Origin: Entomortierella parvispora E1425
Taxonomy: Eukaryota > Fungi > Mortierellomycota
Assembly: GCA_020891255.1 (NCBI GenBank)
Contig: BQFW01000015.1
Span: 1,984,001 to 2,048,000 of the forward strand
Reading direction: 5' to 3'
Length of the DNA stretch: 64,000 nt
In this document: one piece after another, positions 1 through 11,420 of the stretch
Numbering within the stretch: position 1 is the first letter of the stretch
Layout: each line of letters starts with the position of its first letter
The notes under the pieces: generated by a model
Databases searched by the model: none
Told to the model about the DNA's origin: nothing
The model's input: the letters and a program-made list of their open reading frames with translations, nothing else
Translations under genes and position numbers: made by a program

Positions 1-1803
1 CAAAGTTGAAGAACTAAAGCAGAAACAGCAGGAACAGGGTCGAGCTTCATGGAAGGCAACCTCGAGTCTTGTTCATGCTAAAGCAGCAGAGTGGAAGGAA
101 CAGGGAGTGTTCCCAACCTTTACCGGATACCATCGCGAAAATCTCACTGGACAGTCATCTACGGTTTTAGCGTCTCAAAGCACGGATGACGGTACGGGAG
201 ATATGATCTTGTCTATCGAACCCTGCCCCTTTTATGGTCTTGGGGGTGGGCAGAGTCCCGATACAGGATTTGTAAGGCTAGCAAATGGGAGCGAGTGGAA
301 GGTTGTTGACGTTTTCTCACCCTACGAACGTGGATTGGCCATCAGGATCCAGCCAGCCTCCATGGAGCAAGAATCAGTGACAGAAGAGGATCTGCTGTGT
401 TTGCACAAGGGGTTCCAGCTCACGGCCTTTGTTGACACAAAGAGACGGGAGGGCGTGGCAGCTCATCACAGTGCCACCCATATGCTCAATGCGGCGTTGA
501 GAAAGACTCTTGGAAAGCCAATCATGCAGGCTGGTAAGAAAGCGAAAGTTGCCGTTCTTGCTATTGACACTTTTCTTCCCTTCACAGACCAATTACTTAT
601 TCATGTCCGCGTATTTGTTCTTTTTAGGATCCTTGGTCGAGCCTGATCGTCTTCGTTTTGACTTTACGCATGGCAAGCCAATCAGCCAAAACCAAATCCA
701 TGAAATTGAGAACTGGATTAATACCACCGCCTTGCAAAGTGTACAGCCCGTCATCCAGGTAACTTTTGTCATGTCTGATGATCTTCCTCCGTGGGAGAAG
801 GAAAAAAAAAACTAATATGGTGCATCTTGTCTATTATAGGAATACCCATTACAAAAAGCCATTGATATGGGATCAATAGCGGTATTTTCTGAGAAATACG
901 GCGATGTTGTGCGGGTTGTTGATGTAAGACTGATTGCATACCGAAATATTGACCCGCACTGCTTTCTTAAATGACCTGGAAGTAAGGTACCGACTTTAAT
1001 TGACGTTATCTCTGAATAGTTCCCCAAAGTGTCGATGGAATTGTGCGGAGGTACACATGTCGAGGATTTGTCTAAAATTTACCCTTTCAAGATTTTGTCC
1101 GAGGGATCTGTAGCTGCAGGTATGTCAATCTTCACCTTGATATACATATGAAAGGTACTGGTTGATTTTTCTTGAAAATGCCATGACTAATATCTTCAAC
1201 GCCCCGGACTCAAAAACAGGCACGCGCAGAATTGAGGCCGCAGTTGGAAAATCAGCATCTCAGTTCCTAATTGAACAGGACCGCATGGTGACGCGATTAA
1301 ATCAGGATCTGAAGGCCTACGCCACCAGCGCAGGCAATGGCTTGGATCTGAAAGTGAACAAGATAAAGGACCAGGTTGCGGATTTGTCGAAGCAGTACAG
1401 TCGTCTTTTGGAAAAGATGGTCAAGTCTCCAGCCGCTGCTCCAGTGCAAAAAGGGGCTCTGAGGGGATTGGAGGCAGATGCAGTACCGGTCCAGATCCAC
1501 GAGCTCGATGGAGAGATTCTGGACCAGGATTACTTTTCAAAGAAGGCCAACTTTTTGAAGGAACAGGAGCCTAATGCGGTCCACATTCTGATCTGGAAAG
1601 AGAACATGATGGTGGCCTTGGTCCAAAAGCAGTTCCCAACTTTGCATGCCGGAAAGGTGCTCAAAGCGGTCTTGGAAAAGGCAGGAGGAGGAAAGGGTGG
1701 AGGACAGGCCCAAGTTGCTCGTGGAAAACTCTCCAACGGAGAAGAGGGACTCCGCAAGCTGATCCAGCTCTCCACTCAGTCATCGTCGTCGTCGTCAACA
1801 TGA
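1..1803 (+). CDS. ALA1: Alanyl-tRNA synthetase, C-terminal part (editing/SAD and DHHA1 domains); multi-exon, 5' end outside the window
   Basis: Spliced translation gives [27 protein letters not shown] (HxxxH), [48 protein letters not shown] and [18 protein letters not shown] introns include 535-627 and 759-839. Confidence 0.93.
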
Positions 1804-1974
1804 TAGAGAGCAAAACAGCAATTAAAAAAAATTATATAGAAGAGAAATAGATTCTTTTTCTCATGATTTTTATGTTTTGAAGTTGGTGTGATGCGAAAAG
1901 GGTTGAGTTGTAATGAAATATGATGCAAAGAAAAACAAGTTGGGATAATAAAAACAACAGGGTGGTTGTTTGTT

Positions 1975-3395
1975 TTAGTTGTAATCTCCATTTCCATCAT
2001 CGTCGCCATCATCATCATCGCCTTCTCCGTTATCGAAATGATCATCACCATAATCGTTATCATCATCATCATCTTCATCCTCCATTTCTTCATCCTCCAT
2101 TGCCTCCTCGCCATCTCCCTATAAGTTTAGAAAAAGAAAAATGAAAGGAGCGTGAGATAATATTGTCATTGGAAGTTGCCTGTCATATCCTGTCTACTCC
2201 AGAAAATACAACGAAAGAGCCAGCTGGCACTTACAGATTTCTTGACGGGAAGTCCGGTTTCTGGGTCAATTTCGACTTCTTCGTCATCCTCGTTGTCGTT
2301 AATCTTGTCCAAGTCCACAGTACGCTTGAAAACCTTGCGCTCTGTAGAGTCAAAATGACCATGAACGGTAAAATGAAAAGGAAAAGAAGTCAGATGATGA
2401 ATAGAAACAACCAGTTGATATCCATGATGACAATCCAAACAAAGAAGGAGCCGTACTCTTGACGGCCTTGGGATCCAGAATGGAATGCAGTTCTTCAGGG
2501 AAAAAGGCCTTGTCTAGAATCCACACAAAACCAGAGAAAGAGATTAGTTTTGCAATCCCAAGCCAATTGAGAAGGTCTCTGGTTACAAAAATACATAACG
2601 TACTGGCTTTGATGGTATCGAGTTTTGCTCTGGTTGCAGCATAGTCCTGGTGGTATCTATCCGTGTATCTCACAATGGCTAAATAATTCAAAAACAAACA
2701 AATGCAGAATACAGAAAAAGTGTTAGGAGTCTGCTCTTTGCAAAGTTTCTTGCATCAAGTGCACACGAAGCGTGTTGTCTCCTCGGACATGTCCTGTTGC
2801 TATCCTCTTTGTAACTGCCGATCAAAGACTTCTCCTTGCTCATCTTTGAAATTCCCAGCCCTCAGTGAAAAAGGTAGAGTGCAGAGGCAATGGTCCATCT
2901 CTTCCTGCGCCTGTCCTGGTAGTACTCTCTTCCTCTGATCCGCTTTTCCATGGTTCCTGATGATCCAGTGAGTTTGCCACAAAATTTCTCTCTGTTCGTT
3001 GTATTACCACTGGGCTTTCTTGGTTCCGTCCAATAATAAGCGCTGGAGTATAACGTGTTCTTCAAGTCGAGCATAGCCAGATGCATACGCTTTTCTTCTG
3101 TCGTCAGCTTTTCAGCTGTAGGCACTATGATATCCTATTCACCGTTATCAAAAACACGATGTATCATAAAGAGATGTCAGTCCTTCCTTAGTCTGATCAG
3201 CTCTGGTCGGCAAAACAAGCCAAGCCAAAAGTCGTGGCTGGCCGAAAAAAAACAAGAAACAAAAGGACTCTTTACGGGATAAGTTTCACCAGGGTTGGTG
3301 AATGTAGCTTGGATAGCGTCGGGTCCAAACATGGGAATGCCGGGTGCTCCACCACGTCCGCCTCCACGTCCACCGCCGCGACCTCCACGAGACAT
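1975..3395 (-). CDS. RPC31: RNA polymerase III subunit C31 (RPC31/POLR3G family), 5 exons
   Basis: RG-rich N-terminus MSRGGRGGGRGG, then IVRYTDRY and FFPEELHSIL, and a highly acidic tail ending DDNDYGDDHFDNGEGDDDDGDDDGNGDYN*. Canonical introns were traced. Confidence 0.85.
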
Positions 3396-3773
3396 TGTGA
3401 GGTGTAGAAAAAGTTAAATGAGAATGAGAGAAGAGGGTGAATGGATTTGCGCTGAGGCAGCAAACAAGAGGCAGGATGGATGGATGAAGAAAAGAGTGCA
3501 GGTAAGGCGGAAGACGAGATTGATGCAGACTGCGGGTGAATTGGGCACCAATGAAAAGGATGCGAGAAAGAAGGAGAATTGGGACAAAGAAGGCCAACAG
3601 GGGTTCTGCGGTGTATATGTATGTGTGCAGAGACAAAGGTCATTTTGCCACCAAAAAAAAATGAAAACATTTTATTGCGAGCAGGACTGTGCTCAGCCAC
3701 CAGTGAGTATGGTCCCCTCTCGATTTTCACGCCCAACGTGGTGTCTGTTACGGTGAACAATCTACGGACTCTC

Positions 3774-6599
3774 TTACGGATCGTTGCTCATCCCTTCCTC
3801 GGCAGCCTCACTCTGCGCCGAGTAGAGGGCCTCGAGCGCAGGAATGTACCTAGAAAGCGTCCATATCTGGTCGAGTCGCACGCTCATCAAATCAAAACAG
3901 ATCCCCACCTCACCAGTCTCTCCTTCCACACCCAGCTGAGGGATCTTGGGATACCGTTGACTGAAGTGAGTCAAGAGCGTAGATCTGGCTCCCATTTGCT
4001 GTCCCATCTCTATAGCCTCCTTCGTGGTTGAGTGACTTTTTTTGATCGCATCCTCCTGCAGCTCATTCTCGAACGTCGCTTCGTGCAACAGCACCGAAAC
4101 AGGCACGGGTGTCTTCTGACTGGCCTGGGTCAAGGATTCAGTCGGGCGCGTGTCTCCAGAGTAAACTACTTTCCAACCATCCTGGTGAGTGATGCTAATC
4201 CCATACGAGTCGGGGCAGTGGATCACTATGGCTGTACAGACATCGCTGATTCCAGAGGCTTTGAACAGTCCATCAAGTTTGGACTGTGTAGAATTGCTTA
4301 GCGGAGGCAAAATATCCAACTCGGCAAGGGGATTGTGGTCATCGGGTTCATCCAAGGTAGTCTGTCCAGGATAGACAAGTTCATGAGAATTGATAAACTT
4401 GACATGGTCGTATCCAAAGGGTTGCGCCAACGACAGCTCATGGAGAAAGTTGTGGAACCGAGTTGGGGCGATCAAGTAGAGAGGTCGAGTCGAGTGTGGA
4501 TCTTGTAGCTGGTGCAGGAAACAAGTAAATTCAGTAAGATCAGATGCGCTTGGATGAACGGATTTCTCAAGAGCAGCGGTGCGCTAGATTACCTTGCTCC
4601 ATTGATCCACAATCGTGACAATGCCTAAATGATGGTCGGCATGCAGATGGGATATAAAAATCATCTTCAGGTTCTTTATACTCTGGCGCACTTCGTCTTT
4701 TCCGAAATGTCTAAACATTTGTCCATAGGTTCCTTCGCCTGCATCAAGTAGAATGCCTCCATGGCCAGGGACAGATACCAAGGTAGCGCTCACTAGACAA
4801 ATAAAAAAGAAGAGTCTTCCTTGGTCAGAAAACGAAGATAGAGACAGCGTTATAGGATTAGACACAGTTGCTGGGTTGTGCCTTACCGTTTCGATATTTC
4901 GAAGGATGAGATGATCCAGTGCCAAGTGAAGTCATGACAACATCCTTTCCGTGAATAGAAGCAATCATGTCTTGCTTCTGAAGAATCTCCCTGGAAACGG
5001 TCTCCCTCGCTTGATCTGCCAGACGACAATAGTCTCGCAAGAAGGGTAAATCGCTGGAAATCAAGGATGCATGACCGTCCTGGATGAATTCGACTGGGGG
5101 CAGGATCTCTGAGCGATCAAATCCTGTTATTGGCTCCAATGTGAAGATTAAGGACGGCTCCGCCGCAGTAATACTGATGCTATGGTCTTGCAGGGTGTGA
5201 GCTGGCTGGTTCTCAAGGTACGGCAATGGGAAGATTTGACTGCTCAGCTTCGATAGGTTGTAGCAGCTCTGCGATTGTCCTCTCCATACAATGCCTTGTC
5301 CGCAATAGTCTGCATGGACCACAATGTGCTGTGTGCCCAATCCAAACTTCCGCATCCAATCCTGGTAGAGTGGATTAGTGATCACTGCATGGTCCGCCAT
5401 ATGAACAACGCATGCCATAGTGACGGAAGCAGGCTCGCCAAAGTATCTCTGGAAATCAGGGGCCTGAACCAGGCTCGGAATGTATTCAGCCGAAGGGCAA
5501 TCAACCACGGCAAACACGCGTCCAGGACGAGATCCTTGAATGACTTGGTGTGGACGAACCCAGGTGACACCGTCGTTGGCAAGAACTGATTTTCCGTTGA
5601 CCAAGTCCCGAAAGAGGGCACCGGGTTTAACGCCGAGATCCACGGCCGCCTTCTTGTCAAATTTACCAGCGTAGTCCGGGGTCTGACAGATATAGCTGAT
5701 TGCCACAGGATTGGGTCGTATCCCTGGAAGATCTGCATCGCGAAGCGTATTCATCTTTTGGTTTGCCTCCCAAGAAATAGCGCGAGCAGCAAGCTCTATC
5801 TCGTCCAGCTCATCATCCAGCGATAAAAGTCCCTTAATGTCGTTGTTGTCGCTATCGTCACCATGATCATTGTCGTTATTTCCCAAGCTAGTATCATGTA
5901 CGCCGTTCTGTAGTCGTTTTGGCTCCAAGATATTCTTTGGGATCGCAATGCCTTGGGCCTTCATAGCTCGGAGACGCTCAAGAGCAAACGTGTAGTGGTT
6001 CAAATTGAACATGGTTGCAAGCGCATCCTTCCTGTAAGCGTCCTTTTCCATTTCTTCCTGTCGATCCAGCGGTAGTGCATCCGTGGGAGAATTATTTAAA
6101 GGATGAATCATGACTGCAGTGATTCGTAGGTTCCCATCGTCATACTGTTGGCAAGCAGAAGAATCGTCAAAGTCATCAAACTCAACGGCCTCAACAGCCA
6201 TCCGATGCCGATGCATAAAGTGTCTTGCGGAGAGCATCGAATGGATCATGTTCTTCGGACCCAAGAGCTTCAAGTTTCGGATGCCCACATCCGCGATGGT
6301 CAAGATCATGCCTGTGATGCAGGGATTGCTCAGCGATGTTAGACTTGGGACTTTTTAAGCTTGGTCCACCTTTCAAGTCCTTCAGAGTTTCACTCACCTG
6401 GTAAGCCTCCAATGCAATCCCAATGGTTGCGGGTCAACAGGACCGTCTTGAGTTTCCCGTATCGGAACTTTGACTCGAGACACAACCTCTGGATGCCCTC
6501 GCCACAGTTGATCATGTACCGTTGAGAATCAAAGTGGAGGACAACTGAAGGAGGGCAGTCTGCGGTGCCTGTGCTCAGGATTTGAAGGTAGGATTTCAT
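3774..6599 (-). CDS. TRZ1: tRNase Z (long form, ELAC2/Trz1), 4 exons
   Basis: RYMINCGEGIQR, LGTGSSHPSKYRNVS, LLDAGEGTYGQM, SHLHADHHLG (HxHxDH), YSGDTRP, LLHEATF, HSTTKEA, LTHFSQRYPKIP. Confidence 0.96.
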
Positions 6600-6840
6600 A
6601 ACGAGGTCTTATTTTTCGTGAAGCAAGGATGAATGAAGTTCGGAGGAAAGGGGGGTTACAGAAAAATAAATGCAGAGGGTCCCAAACTCCTATATAAGGT
6701 GATCACAAAATTCAAACTGCGGCACATGGACAATTGACACCTTGAGATGGACCTCATGTAGGAGAGCCGCAGCAAGTTGTATGTTGCACAAGACGTAAAG
6801 TACCTTTGCTCCGCCCCTTGGTCTAGATTCATCGTACATC

Positions 6841-7059
6841 GTGCAGAGACAGAGGAAGACCGATTCTTTTGGAGCTGGACGAATTGGATGTAGCCGTGAT
6901 GAGAGCCCTGGTGCCGAGAAGAAGGGTCCGCCAATGGTCACCAAGGTAGGAGACAAGCGCTTGGTGTCCCATCATATCTCCAACCCAGAGGAGATCCACT
7001 TTCTGGCAAAGAAGTATGAAGACATGGGGGACATTGACGAGATAATGGCGCTCTTGTAG
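6841..7059 (+). pseudogene. Short coding-like fragment of unknown identity, possibly a decayed gene or small ORF
   Basis: 72-codon frame ending EIHFLAKKYEDMGDIDEIMALL*. An overlapping frame reads GRPILLELDELDVAVMRAL. A TATATAAG lies upstream near 6691. No convincing ATG/splice model. Confidence 0.2.
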
Positions 7060-7820
7060 GAATAAATGACCTCTCATCCATCGTTTTTTTTTGTTCACTT
7101 TCTCTCTGCCTCTTTTGGTTCTGCATCACTGGGGTCAACAATGCAAGGGATGTGGGATGATGGGCTCTGGGAAAGTTATATTTATTTTCATGTCTTAGAA
7201 CTCACTACTGTATTGTGCCGATAGAATCAAATGTGCGGCAACAGCCGGAACAGGAGACCGTTGTCTGTATCCAAAAGTTCAGAAGGATGCCAGATGTGAT
7301 GGCTCTTAAACAATATCTTTGAATCTTGGAGGATGCAAGCTGTGCCTGAGTTTCTAGGTCATAGACACAAGATTGGACGGTGACGACGAGGGGATGAGAC
7401 AAGGAGCAACTCAGTTACCCATCAATGTACCTGTGGTCTCTCGGTTTCTGCTTTGGTAGCTCACTAGAGCCTTGCTTCGGGGCATGATCTTCTCGGATTC
7501 TGCTGTGGTGCGTGGTCTGTTCGTACGCTTCTTCGGTGCGCGCCGTGGTCTGCTTGCATGCCATAATCTTGGTGACGCCAATAGATCCGCTGAGAGCAGA
7601 AGGAAGACCCACCCGCCATCCCTAACCTCCTCCGCCCTAGCCAAACTGCTCTTGCATTGTCATGGCCACCAGATCAAGATGACCTGGCAGCCGCCCAGTG
7701 TACCTATCCAAAAGGATTCAGATGGTGAGTAATCCATAATATCCTGCCAGTCGTCAACAATCATTTACGTGTGCTGGAGTCAATGTGGCTCTAGCTCCAC
7801 TCAATCCCAACAATCATAGA

Positions 7821-8078
7821 TAAAGACCACGTTTCACTTCCCGTTGCCAGGATCGACGTAGCATCTGCTGATAGAGGTCTACAGGAGCTTCACCTTCTTC
7901 CTGTCCCAGACAAAAAGAAACAGATGCAGACCCACAACTCGTAGCCCGTCCTTCGAAATCAGCAACAAAAAACAAAAGGGATGACAAAGAGGTTGCTAGT
8001 TTTCTAGACCACACACTTCCTATCCCCGAGGGAAGAGCGCTTCACGATCTGGGGGGTAAAGACCACGTTTCACTTCCC
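7821..8078. repeat. Perfect 22-bp direct repeat TAAAGACCACGTTTCACTTCCC at 7821-7842 and 8057-8078
   Basis: Read directly from the sequence. Confidence 0.9.
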
Positions 8079-8319
8079 AAACTCCCAAGCGGAAAGACGT
8101 GAATCTTCAAGGTTACCTTGATAGAACAAAGAGCTCAAAGCAGGTCTGAACTACCAAGGATTTGAAAAAAGTACGGTCCACGGCTCTGTTGAGGAGCTTG
8201 GTGGACTCGAGGGAGTGAAAAGACCATATATACGCTTCGGTTTCTGGAACGGTAATCCAGTGCCAGAAAAAGGCTGCTAGTATATGGCTGTACGGTACGA
8301 CGCTTCGATTTCCGTTGCC

Positions 8320-8871
8320 GGCAAAGGGCTGCTGCACCGTACGGGGTTAGCCACGCTCATGATAGACGAACGAAGGACTAAAATGGTATTGCCAGGCTTT
8401 GCTCCCCGTTGCCAGGGAACGACGGCTCGGCTCGACCAACGAGACGACCTGACTTTTGACGGAAAGGGTTGCTTGTTGGTCCCGGATTGCACCAAATAGA
8501 GAACACCTTCAACCCGAAGGGAGGGTACTCTGCTATCACCAGCATTTCTCGCGGTGAGTGCCAAGACCCAAGGGTGGTTCCATGTTGAAGGATTCGCCTT
8601 GGGTCCCTTTCCCGCTTGCTATTAACACCCAAGGTACGTCCCCAAACGTCTTTAAACGAATGACAACCGCAAAGGGGGAGAACCATCAGCGTCGCAAAGG
8701 ACACCGGCGGCTGTGTGCCCGACACGATGCCATTACCCGGAGGCAAAGGTGTTGACGAACACACGGGGTTGATAGCCATAGTCATGATAGATGAACCCAT
8801 GGACTATAATGGGATAAAAAGGTTCGCCATGCTTTGTTTCCCCGTTGCCAGGAATACGACAGCACAGCTCG
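8320..8871. repeat. Degenerate direct duplication of a ~115-130 bp unit (8320-8434 and 8742-8871)
   Basis: Shared blocks in the same order: GGCAAAGG, ACGGGGTT, AGCCA, TCATGATAGA(C/T)GAAC, CCCCGTTGCCAGG, ACGAC, GCTCG. Confidence 0.8.
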
Positions 8872-9858
8872 CAAGCCTCCAGTCCACCTTCCGGATTCCG
8901 TCGCCAGAAAACGGCAGTTGGGCCATAAGTTGCAAATCACGCTTCCATCTCCCGTTGCCAGGATAAGAAACACGAAAAGCTCCCTTGAACCTCTCTCAGC
9001 AGACATAGGTCCGAAGGAGAGATCATAGAAAGAAAAGAGGTGGAAGAGTAAAAAGGGGGGACAACCACAGTAACTTAACTTGTTTAACGGCCAACGGCGA
9101 GAAAAGCGGCGCTGCGCAACGGAGCCAGCCGATGCGATGGGGTCTGCAGAGTGCTCAAGATGAAGTGAAAGAACAGCAGAGACTTGTGAGAAACACAAAT
9201 GTCGACCAGCTTACAGCCACAAAGAGGTAACACAGGGGGCAATAACTGAGCCACAACTTACCAAAAGAACCACAGCAAGCGCGCCATGCTTGTCAAAGGT
9301 AGATGCACTGGGCCAGGTCTGAAGCTACCGCTATGTGGAAGAAAAGAAAGTTGAAAGAAACAGAGAAATCAGCAATTTGAAGTGAATGGCGCAGTCGACA
9401 TGACGTGACATGTGTGGGAAAAAGGTGGAAATGAAGGGTGGTCATGAAAGCAAGAGAATCACAAGAAAGGAATGGAGGGGTGATGGCAGAGCAATAAAAC
9501 ATACAAAAGGAAACGACAACGAGAGGCAAAGTAAGGGTGATGGATGTTCAAAGAAAGGCACTTACCAGCCATGCTATCATCAGAAGTGAAGACAAAAAAA
9601 GGAAGAGGGGAGAGTGCTGAAAAAAGCGACGAACGAAATGCATGCATTTATGGATTTCATATATGGGCCCCTTAAAAAGCGGCCAATCCTCCTCTGCTTC
9701 GATGCCACCACCCGCAGCTGGATGGTTTTGTAGTAAGTGCTAAGGAGAAGGAGACACCCCTGAACAAGTGCCAAGGACCTGGGCCATCGATGGTGGATGG
9801 GAGGAACGGTAATATCACAAAGTAGATAGAAAATCATTGAAAGAGTCCTTCACAGTAC

Positions 9859-9927
<69 letters not shown>
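9859..9927. repeat. (TCTG)n microsatellite, about 17 units
   Basis: Perfect tetranucleotide run. Confidence 0.98.
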
Positions 9928-10375
9928 GCCAAAAGGCACTCTCCGCTGTTTGCATGTGTCTGTCAGCATGAAAAACAACTGAGACCTCTTTTTCCTTGAC
10001 CGCGTCATTGTTGACATGGTGTTGTTCTTCACGCACAAAAACGAGGACGCTGCTGATTCGCATGAGCCATGGTGGAATGCAACCCTCGCCATTTGATTCT
10101 CCATTCTGGCGCGGTCATGCAGCCATTCGCCGCTCATCGCTCCGACGCCCCGTCGCCGAGCACTTTGGAGACAGAGCTGACGGGTACATGGATGCCACTT
10201 CTTTCTGGCTCGCCCCTCAAGCCCAGAGTGCGCCCAGACATTTGCATGGCGAGAAAGACCCGATGGACACAGCTCCACTTCTTGTGCAAAGGGCAGCTTT
10301 TTATCTGCTTCGCTTTTCTCTCTTCCTTCACCTTCTTCCTTCACCCTCCTCCTTCACTTCATCACTCCTCCACTC

Positions 10376-10405
10376 CACATTGACATTCACATTGACATTC
10401 ACATT
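10376..10405. repeat. Tandem 12-mer CACATTGACATT, 2.5 copies
   Basis: Read directly from the sequence. Confidence 0.85.
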
Positions 10406-10505
10406 ACCATTCCATGACCCTGACCCTAAGGAAAGTTGCTCCACAACTCACCACTCATGTGCAACATTGACGCGAGAGCACAGCTCGCGTGTGTTTTAAG
10501 GTATT

Positions 10506-11244
10506 TTGAAATCCAGCCAAACAAACAAGGGTGCGCCCTTGGCTCATCATTTCCAGTCGCATTTCCACTCGCTGACACCCCCTGCAGGCCCACCTTCTCC
10601 ATACAACTTTGTAGCACCGCCGCCCATTCAGTGCTGGGAAAAGGAGTCTACCTACTACAGGCGCAAGCGCCCGAGCTTTTGTTTCTGCATCCCAAGAATG
10701 AAAGGATGACTGTCAACGCCGGACAACAAGAGTCACTCTCTCGACTACACCAGTCCTTTGAAGCCCTTGTCCAAGATCCAAACTCTACCCTATACCTTCC
10801 ACATCCTAGGCAAAGAAGAGTGCGCACAAAGCCAGATGTGGTGTGAGGATCGAAAGACTCTACGAGTCCTTCATCTTGTCCTCCTCTGCAAACTGGTGTG
10901 TACTTTTAGCTATTTTGATGGGTTGGATTTGCGTATGAGGGGTGATCTCGGCCTTTGGTGAGGTACTTGTCCCAGAGACGTTTCTTTTTTTTTTGTTGCT
11001 TGACGTTAACAGCTCTGTTCTTCTTTCTGCCGCCCATCGAGGCTACTTCCAATGCTGTGCCGAGCTCCGGTTACTTCCAGGCCCCGCTCTTGTCTATGAA
11101 CAATACCCACGTGTTTATGAATGGATCATGGATGCCGTCCTTCTCTTCCTGACCCAATCCGCGTGGAAATTCGATGCTTACAAAGCGCTTTATTCTACCT
11201 GGCCAGTTGCCAGCAGACATGTACAAGGTAATGGCAGCGGATAA
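10506..11244 (+). pseudogene. Decayed coding-like segment; strand and identity uncertain
   Basis: One + frame is open from 10506 to 10961 except for a single TGA at 10707-10709. An intron-like poly-T/TTAACAG acceptor lies near 11012, followed by further open frames. No recognisable domain. Confidence 0.2.
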
Positions 11245-11387
11245 AACCGCTTCAATGACAAGGCGTCTATTGTCGTCTGTGTGAATTTTCGATGAGGGGT
11301 TGCATTAGGGGTTGAAGATATTTTACAAGAGGGGAAGAGGGAAGTGTTGGTAATGGTGGGGGCTGAGGCTTAGGTGGAGGTTCCAGC

Positions 11388-11420
11388 GGTGAAGGTGAAG
11401 GTGAAGGTGAAGGTAGAGGT
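11388..11420. repeat. (GAAGGT)n hexamer run, encoding SPSPSP-like Pro/Ser sequence on the minus strand
   Basis: Four perfect units plus degenerate flanks. Confidence 0.8.

Noticed and set aside
1920-2144. His-rich + strand ORF
   Set aside because: It is the reverse complement of the (GAT)n acidic tail of RPC31.
7821-8962. CRISPR-like reading of the recurring short repeats
   Set aside because: Eukaryotic context, irregular spacing of 110-565 bp, repeats too short, and no cas genes.
9815-10344. ORFs with QTDR repeats
   Set aside because: Produced by the (TCTG)n microsatellite.
10944-10959. TCTCGGCCTTTGG resembling the 5' stem of U2 snRNA
   Set aside because: Only about 12 nt match; the branch-point recognition sequence GTAGTA and the Sm site are absent.
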